From Anaeramoeba ignava BMAN (taxonomy: Eukaryota > Protista > Anaeramoebae): a DNA stretch of 64,000 bases. The stretch covers positions 1 to 64,000 of the forward strand of contig JAPDFW010000007.1 in NCBI GenBank assembly GCA_028826165.1, written 5' to 3'. Under the pieces are notes generated by a model. That model was not told the origin of the DNA, searched no databases, and saw nothing but the letters and a program-made list of their open reading frames with translations. Each line of letters starts with the position of its first letter. Within the stretch, counting starts at the first letter, position 1. This document shows, in pieces, positions 56,822-64,000 of the stretch. The position numbers and the translations under genes are program-made.

Positions 56822-58545
56822 ATGAACTCACAATCAACAGTTCTTTTTTGTGGGTTTGAAAGTTCATTAAATTTACTTAATTATGAAAAGGAAATACTCA
56901 AATCAATAACAACAATTGTACCAGACAACACAATACAAATCACAACAACAAATGAAACAACAAATTTTCTAACAAGCTCTGGAAAAGCAATAATTTATAA
57001 ACCAGGAGAAAAAAGCAAAAAAATCAAATCTCAAAAAATTAAGAAAATTTCTTCTGGCAGAAATTCATTCATTTTGTTAAATAAAAACGGAGAAGTTTAT
57101 AGTTATGGAGAAAACAATTTCGGCGAATGCGCATGTGGAGAAGGTGCAGTAAAGACGCCAAGCTTGATCAGCTATTTTGCAATGAGGAAAATAAAGATAG
57201 TTGAGGTTGTGTCTGGGGAATTTCAAACATACTTTTTGAGTGAAGATGACGAACTTTTTACTTGCGGTTTGAACAGGTTTGGACAGTTGGGATTGGGACA
57301 TCAAATCAAGCAATCGTCTCCTCGTTTTTGTGCGAAAAATGTCACTCGAGTATTTAGTGGGAATTTTGCGGAACATTTTTATTTTATCAACGAAAAAAAC
57401 GAGTTGTTTTCAAGCGGAAAAAATAATTGTGGACAATTAGGAATAGGAAGTAAAACCCATACGAGTAAGTATACCAAAGTGTGCGATATGAGCGGAAGAA
57501 ACATTGTCAAGATATGCTGCGGGGGAACGCACACTTTGCTTTATTTGGAGGAAAATGGAGTCGATGAACTTTATTCATGTGGAAACTCGAATTACAACGG
57601 ACTGGGTCTTTCAGAAGACACAACCGAATTTCAGTTAGTCAAGTGGATTGCAAATAAGGGCATCTCAAATATTGCTGTTGGAGACTCGCACTCGGTGGTT
57701 CTCACAAAGACAAACGAGTTGTATTCTTTTGGATCTAATTTGCAAGGACAGTTGGGTCAAAACACTTGTATTTCTGTCAAAATTCCCTTTGCAATGGACA
57801 CTCAACATTTTCCTGGAATCCATTTCTTGCAGTTCTGCAGAATTTATTGCGGAGAAACTTCTACTTTCATCTATTCAAGTTCATTTGACTGTCTTTTGGA
57901 AGATATGCATCTTCTTTGGAAACGTTCAGAATTTGTTGATATTAATTTCCTCTGTTTGGATGGTTCTGTTTCAATACACAAGCTTGTTTTGCGAGCAAGA
58001 ATGAGTTTTCTGTCTAAAAATCAACTTGATTTATTTGTGATCAAAATTTCGAATTTTTTCAAAAAACAAAGAAAACATCTTATGTTGAGAATTTTGCCCG
58101 ATTTCTTTATACAGGTTTTTTATCCGATCCAAAAATTCTTTTGGAAATTATCCATTTATTTGATTCCTCTTTTGTCTGGCATTTCAAATATGGAAAGCAA
58201 GGTTTATTGCAGGATCTAATGCAGCTTTATTATGACGAAGATTCCAAGGATTTTATTATTCTCTCAAATAACGAGTCTATCAGGGTTCATAAACTTATTT
58301 TGGTTGCAAGAAGTGATTTATATCGTGGAATGTTTTTGAATGTTAATGATCCTAATAATAGAGTTACTGATACAAGTAATTCTTCTTCTTTATCGTTGAA
58401 GATGCTTATCAAATATTTTTATTTTGATTCTCTTGATAATGATATTTCTTCAGATTCTATTCAAGAGCTTCAAGAATTGAAAGAATTTTATCTTTTAAAT
58501 CCAAGAACAAATTTTTTTGAACAAGAATCTTTTAATATTTTTTGA
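56822..58545 (+). CDS. Divergent RCC1-repeat/BTB-BTB protein (one frameshift near 58100)
   Basis: RCC1 motifs (CGLNRFGQLGLG, ICCGGTHT, AVGDSHS, FGSNLQGQLG) and BTB motifs (SIHKLVLRAR; RVHKLILVARSDLYRGMF). Confidence 0.88.
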
Positions 58546-58718
58546 TATTTTTTTAAAAAAAAAACAATTTGCAAAAAGGAGAACAATTTAATTAATTTAT
58601 TAATTAATTTAAGGATTTTAAAGAATTTTATCTTTTAAATCTAATAATAAAAATAAAAATTTTTTTCAATATTTTTTCAAAATCATTTTTTTCATTTTTT
58701 TTAATTTCTTTTTAAATT

Positions 58719-61700
58719 ATGGAATTAAATGAATTAATTCAAAATATTTCAAATAATAATTTTTCAGCAATTAAAACATTACTTGAAAATAATTCAAATC
58801 AATTTATAGAATTTATAGAAAATATTTTTTTAAATTATTCAGAAAGTAAAAAAGCAAGCAAAACAAAAATACAAATTAATAAATTTATATTAATTTATTT
58901 AAATAATTTTTATATTAATTTATTTAACAAACAATTTAAAAGGAATTGTTCAAATTCAACAATTTTTTATTGAGACAATTAATATTGAAAAAGAAGATAA
59001 AATAGAAATTGAAAATGAAAATGAAAATGAAATTAAAATCAAAATAGAAAATCAAATCATTTTACATTTAAATAAATTAATGGAATTAACCTTAAAATTC
59101 ATTTCAGAAAAAATGTAAAAATTTAAAAAAAATTGAAATGATTTAAATTAAAAATTAAAATAATTTAAATTTAATTTAGAAATTCAACTCAAATTTTTCA
59201 AATATGGGAAAATCACTTGAAAATACAAAAACTAATCCTCAAACGATTAAACAAATCAACAACAAAAGTTACAATACAAATAATCCGTGTTTTAATGAAT
59301 CTTATTCTTTTATATTCACCTCCAAACACAAAATACTTAACTTATATACAAAACGACTTTCCTGAAAAACAAGCTAATATTCTCGATCAAAAAACAAATC
59401 ACAAAAATTTTAACGTCAACAAAATATCACCTTCACATCCCTTTTTAAACAGAATCCTTTTGCTTGAACAAGCAAACAATCTTTTAAAAGAATTATTTAT
59501 TCGATTGAATTCAACCACAATGTAAATAAAAAAAGAAAGAAAAAAAAGAAAGAAAAAACAACCATTTGCACAAAAAAAAATATTCACTTCCTTTTTTACA
59601 TAAACAAAAACTACGGCTTGATGGGGACAGATCACACACAGAAAGCATTGTGCTTGTCAACTCGTTATTTTGCATTTTGGAAAAAAGAGACGTTTATTGT
59701 TCATCAATTATTCAGCAATTGATCAATTTCCAAGTGATGATTTCTGAACGAAATTTCCAGCATCTCCAAAGCACATTTTCAAGAAAGAATATCCTGAATT
59801 TGATCAAGAGCGTGTTTTTGAGGATTCTTGGTCACAAATCATCATATATTATTCCCTGGCGATCGAAGTTATTTGAAAAATTAATAAAATTAAAAGCGAA
59901 ACAACAAGCGGAGACTATACTGTCAAATCTGGAGCAAGAAATCCCATCAATTTCGCATGACTTTTCTTCGCTTCATGATAATCTCAAGAAAAGAAAGGTG
60001 GAATTTGACTATAAATTCCGCGCAACAAGCACTCTTCAAGAACAAGCAAAACTTTTATCGCAAACTAAAGCAACAGTTATAATTGATCAACATAAGGAAA
60101 TATTCACGTCGTTTGCCGAGCAAATTTTCGCGCAACTTTCACCGGAATTGATTGCGAATTTGGTGATCCACAATCTGAATAATTTGCCTTCTCAAAACAA
60201 ACTTGCGAATGATATTGAAAAATCAATGAAAAAATATTCGAAAAATTTTTTGGAAAAACAAAATAATCAACCGCTGCAAAAAGCAGATACAATTTACTCA
60301 GAAAATCCCTTTGAAGCGTTGAACATCCATTTGTTCAAACGAATTTTGTCTGATCTGAACCGTTTGAAACAGTTTGGATATGGGGATCTTCACTCGACAA
60401 TCCTATCCAAGCTTGTGTGCTCGATCCGACAGAACAGCTTCAAATGCTTTGGAGAAGACGAAGAGGATGAAGACGACGAGAGCTTGAAGGAAAAGACCGA
60501 GAAAAACTCTGAACAGAAAACCGACGGGGAATTAGAAGCGCAAAAAAACGGAAATTTGGAGCAAAAACAACCTGAGCAAAAATTGGATGAAAAATTGGAT
60601 CAAAATTCAAAATCCAAAAAAAGAAACCAAATTTTTCAGTCGCAGTTCAAAAAACGCAACTATTACACAACGCTTTTTCTGAACTACATTTTCGACAATT
60701 TCCACCAGAAATACAACCTTGCGATCCAGTGGCTTTTTGAGGAATTTGGGATGGAGCAATTTGATTGCGAAGAGCAAACAATCCTGACCGACATCAACTT
60801 TCTTCAAACAGAACAAGAGTGCAAAATTGCGGAAATCAGGAATCCAACATGGAAAATTGCGGAAATGTCGATATCCGTTTCGGAAATTGCAAACACAAGC
60901 CGGTACAACTTTGTTCTTCTGTCTATTCTCCAAGAAATGCTGATGAAACTCACACCTTTTGATCGGATATTCACGCAATTTTTCCTGGATATCCCGTTTA
61001 TCACCGACCAAGCCTTTGATTTTATAATGAAATATTTCCAGGAAAACAGCACCATTGATTTTGGATTGGACATCCTGAAAAATCTGCTGTTTTATCGGTA
61101 TCCATACCAACAACGCTGCCTGGAAATTCTTCTCAAGCTCTCGACAAGCACGAGTTCTGACATCCGATTTCGCGCCATCAATTTGATTGTGAACACATTG
61201 TATTCAAATAATAATTTCTCGGGGAAAATCAACGCATTTGCAACCGAGTCTGTGGGGACTCTACTCGATATGGAGCCATCCAAAGCAACGCCCGAATATA
61301 CAAAATCCAAGATGGATCTTTTCCTCGCAATCTGCGGGAAGGACTTCGGCTTGCTTTTCAAGCTTGTCGAGCTATTCACAACATCCCCGACATTCATACG
61401 AAGCATCATATACAAAAACGCGCAGAATTTGATACGAAGAATAATGAATTTCCACAAGCAACAGCAGCAAAAACAAACAGCAGAATCCCGGAACGATGAT
61501 CCGGAGCAAACCCCCAACCAGGATGCAGTCCCGCAACCTCAGCAATCCCAACAGGATGGGCTGCAAAGTGTTTCCGACGACGAAGAACCCGCGCAAATTA
61601 TCCAAATTATCCAGGATTGCTCCAAATCATCCTTCAAATTAATTTTCAAATTTTTATACGCGCTCTCCGAAAATCGGAAAATGAGCGCAAGACTCACAAA

Positions 61701-62352
61701 AGTGGTCCGAAATAACTATTCCAAATTCAAAGATCCGCATTTTTTGATTCCGATTTTAAATGATTTAACAAAAGAAGAATTTCTTCGCGAACTAAACAAC
61801 TTCATCTCGCTTGATCTCAACTCCCTGAAGCTTGGGATCCAGCGCTTGATCACCGTTCAACCCTCTCCGCTGAGTCCTGTGGAGCTTCTTATCGCGCTCC
61901 ACAGTCTCGAGGTCAACCAAACAAGCGTGGAGAAAATCAAAGAGGTGATCCGCAAATGTCTTGAAAACAAAATCATTTTCACCCAAAGCGTTTTTTCAAG
62001 AGCAATCCAACAGCTTGTCGACATCAATCCTGTTCCCCGTCTTTTCATGGTCACCCTTATTTTCGCACAAAAGGCTTATCCTAAAATGGCAGAGTTTGTT
62101 TCAAAAGATATTCTCACTCGTCTCATTCTCAAAAATGTTTGGGAAGACTCGGAGTTGTGGAAGGGCTTTAGGATTTGTCTCAATATGATAGGTGGTCATC
62201 ATGCTTCAAGTGTTTTACTTCAATTACCCAAATCCCAACTTTCTGATATTTTGAAAATTTATCCTGATTTGAAGCAACCTTTACTTGATTTTATAACTTC
62301 CACTGATGCTTTTATTCCTCGTGAGATTCGCGAAGTTATAAAATTTATTTAA
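58719..62352 (+). CDS. SYMPK: Symplekin/Pta1-like 3'-processing scaffold (multi-exon)
   Basis: Symplekin C-terminal pattern: SPLSPVELLIALH...AIQQLVDINPVPRLFMVTLI...ILTRLILKNVWEDSELWKGF...VLLQLP. Also DRIFTQFFLDIPFIT and LAIQWLFEEF. The 5' exons start at 58719. Confidence 0.85.
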
Positions 62353-63635
62353 AGCAATTTTAAAGCAATTTTAAAAGAAATTTAAATCAATTTTAAATCA
62401 ATTTTAAAAAGAAATTTAAATCAATTTTAAAAAGAAATTTAAATCAATTTTAAATCAATTTTAAATCAATTTTAAATCAAATTTAAATCAATTTTAAATT
62501 AATTTTAAATCAATTTTAAATCAATTTTAAATCAAATTTAAATCAATTTTAAATCAAATTTAAATCAATTTTAAATCAAATTTAAATCAATTTTAAATCA
62601 AATTTAAATCAATTTTAAATCAAATTTAAAACAATTTTATATCAATTTTATATCAATTTTAAATCAATTTTATAACAATTTTAAATCAATTTTAAATCAA
62701 TTTTAAATCAATTTTAAATCAATTTTAAATCAATTTTAAATCAATTTTATATTAATTTTATATTAAATCAAATTTTTAAATCAATTTTAAATCAATTTTA
62801 AATCAAAATTTAAATTAATTTTTTATCAATTTTAATTTTAAATCAATTTTAAATCAATTTTTCAATTTTTAATTTTAAATCAATTTTTTAAATCAATTTT
62901 ATATCAATTTTATATCAATTTTAAAATCAATTTTAAATCAATTTTAAATCAATTTTAAATCAATTTTATATCAATTTTTATCATTTTAATTTTATATCAA
63001 TTTTAAATCAATTTTTATATCAATTTTAAATTAATTTTAAATCAATTTTAAATCAATTTTAAATCAATTTTAAATCAATTTTAAATCAATTTTAAATCAA
63101 TTTTCAATTTTAAATCAATTTTATATCAATTTTAAATCAATTTTAAAATTTTAAATCAATTTTATATCAAAATTTAAATCAATTTTAAATCAATTTTAAA
63201 TCAATTTTTAAATTAATTTTAAATCAATTTTCAATTTTATATCAATTTTAAATAAATTTTTAAATATCAATTTTTAATCAATTTTTATATTTTAAATCAA
63301 TTTTAAATCAATTTTATAAATCAATTTTAAATCAATTTTTTTTTAAATCAATTTTAAATCAATTTTATATTAATTTTAAATCAATTTTATATCAATTTTA
63401 AATCAATTTTAAATCAATTTTAAATCAATTTTAAATCAATTTTAAATCAATTTTAAATCAATTTTAAATCAATTTTATATCAATTTTATATCAATTTTAT
63501 ATCAATTTTAAATCAATTTTAAATTAATTTTAAATCAATTTTATATCAATTTTATATCAATTTTAAATCAATTTTTATATCAAATTTAAAAGAAATTAAA
63601 TTTAAAAGCATTTTATTTAAAAGAAATTAAATTTC
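62350..63635. repeat. 11-bp satellite (ATCAATTTTAA)n between two convergent stop codons
   Basis: Read directly from the sequence. Confidence 0.93.
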
Positions 63636-63673
63636 AATAAAGTTTTTCTTTTTATTTCTTTTTATTTTATTTT

Positions 63674-64000
63674 TCACTTCTTTTCATAATCATTAAATCG
63701 TATTTTCTTCTGTAAAAATTTTATCACAAAATTAATTCTTGTTAACCATTGTGTATCTGTAGGAATATAACTGGATACTTCCTGAAGATTAAAAACCTTT
63801 TTTTGGAAAGTTTCACCTTGATGAAATTTCTGGTGAAATTCAAATCTTTCTTTCTGTTTTTTCATCCAAACTTTTTGAACTTCATCAAAAAAAGGCAAAG
63901 AACGGTCAAAACAAATCCTATCAAAATGACCGAATCCATGAATCAAAATTCCTCTGAAAAGTTTGTGGTCATAAACACCCTTTTTCCACCAAGAAGGTCC
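63674..64000 (-). CDS. 3' end of a gene with a CHD-remodeler-like C-terminal (SLIDE-type) segment
   Basis: The frame is open to the window edge: GPSWWKKGVYDHKLFRGILIHGFGHFDRICFDRSLPF. This resembles the CHD6-9 motif PxxWW..DxxLLxGxxxHGY..IxxDxxLxF. Confidence 0.55.
   Translation of the reverse strand, partial: GPSWWKKGVYDHKLFRGILIHGFGHFDRICFDRSLPFFDEVQKVWMKKQKERFEFHQKFHQGETFQKKVFNLQEVSSYIPTDTQWLTRINFVIKFLQKKIRFNDYEKK

Overview
This is extremely AT-rich, intron-containing eukaryotic DNA, not prokaryotic. The expanded RCC1-BTB and ankyrin-BTB families, TCATT initiator-like motifs and GT-AG introns are consistent with an Anaeramoeba-like metamonad (inference only). The left half (about 1-35 kb) is a dynamic cluster. 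It holds three RCC1-BTB-BTB copies, three ankyrin-BTB-BTB copies with very different repeat numbers (about 2, 33 and 57), a tRNA-Lys(UUU), three unrelated ~145-bp tandem arrays, probable decayed DDE transposases, and FAM91A1. It also holds a five-exon gene that the ORF track fragments; spliced by hand it encodes an MLKL-type N-terminal helical bundle fused to EF-hands. The right half holds a DUSP-USP deubiquitinase, NAA20, a RasGAP-like PH protein, a C2-C2-WW protein, another RCC1-BTB, symplekin and the 3' end of a CHD-like gene. Several of these genes carry 1-4 kb introns made almost entirely of a locus-specific satellite. Many single-base frameshifts sit in homopolymer runs and are probably consensus errors. 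All homology calls are by eye; no searches were run.
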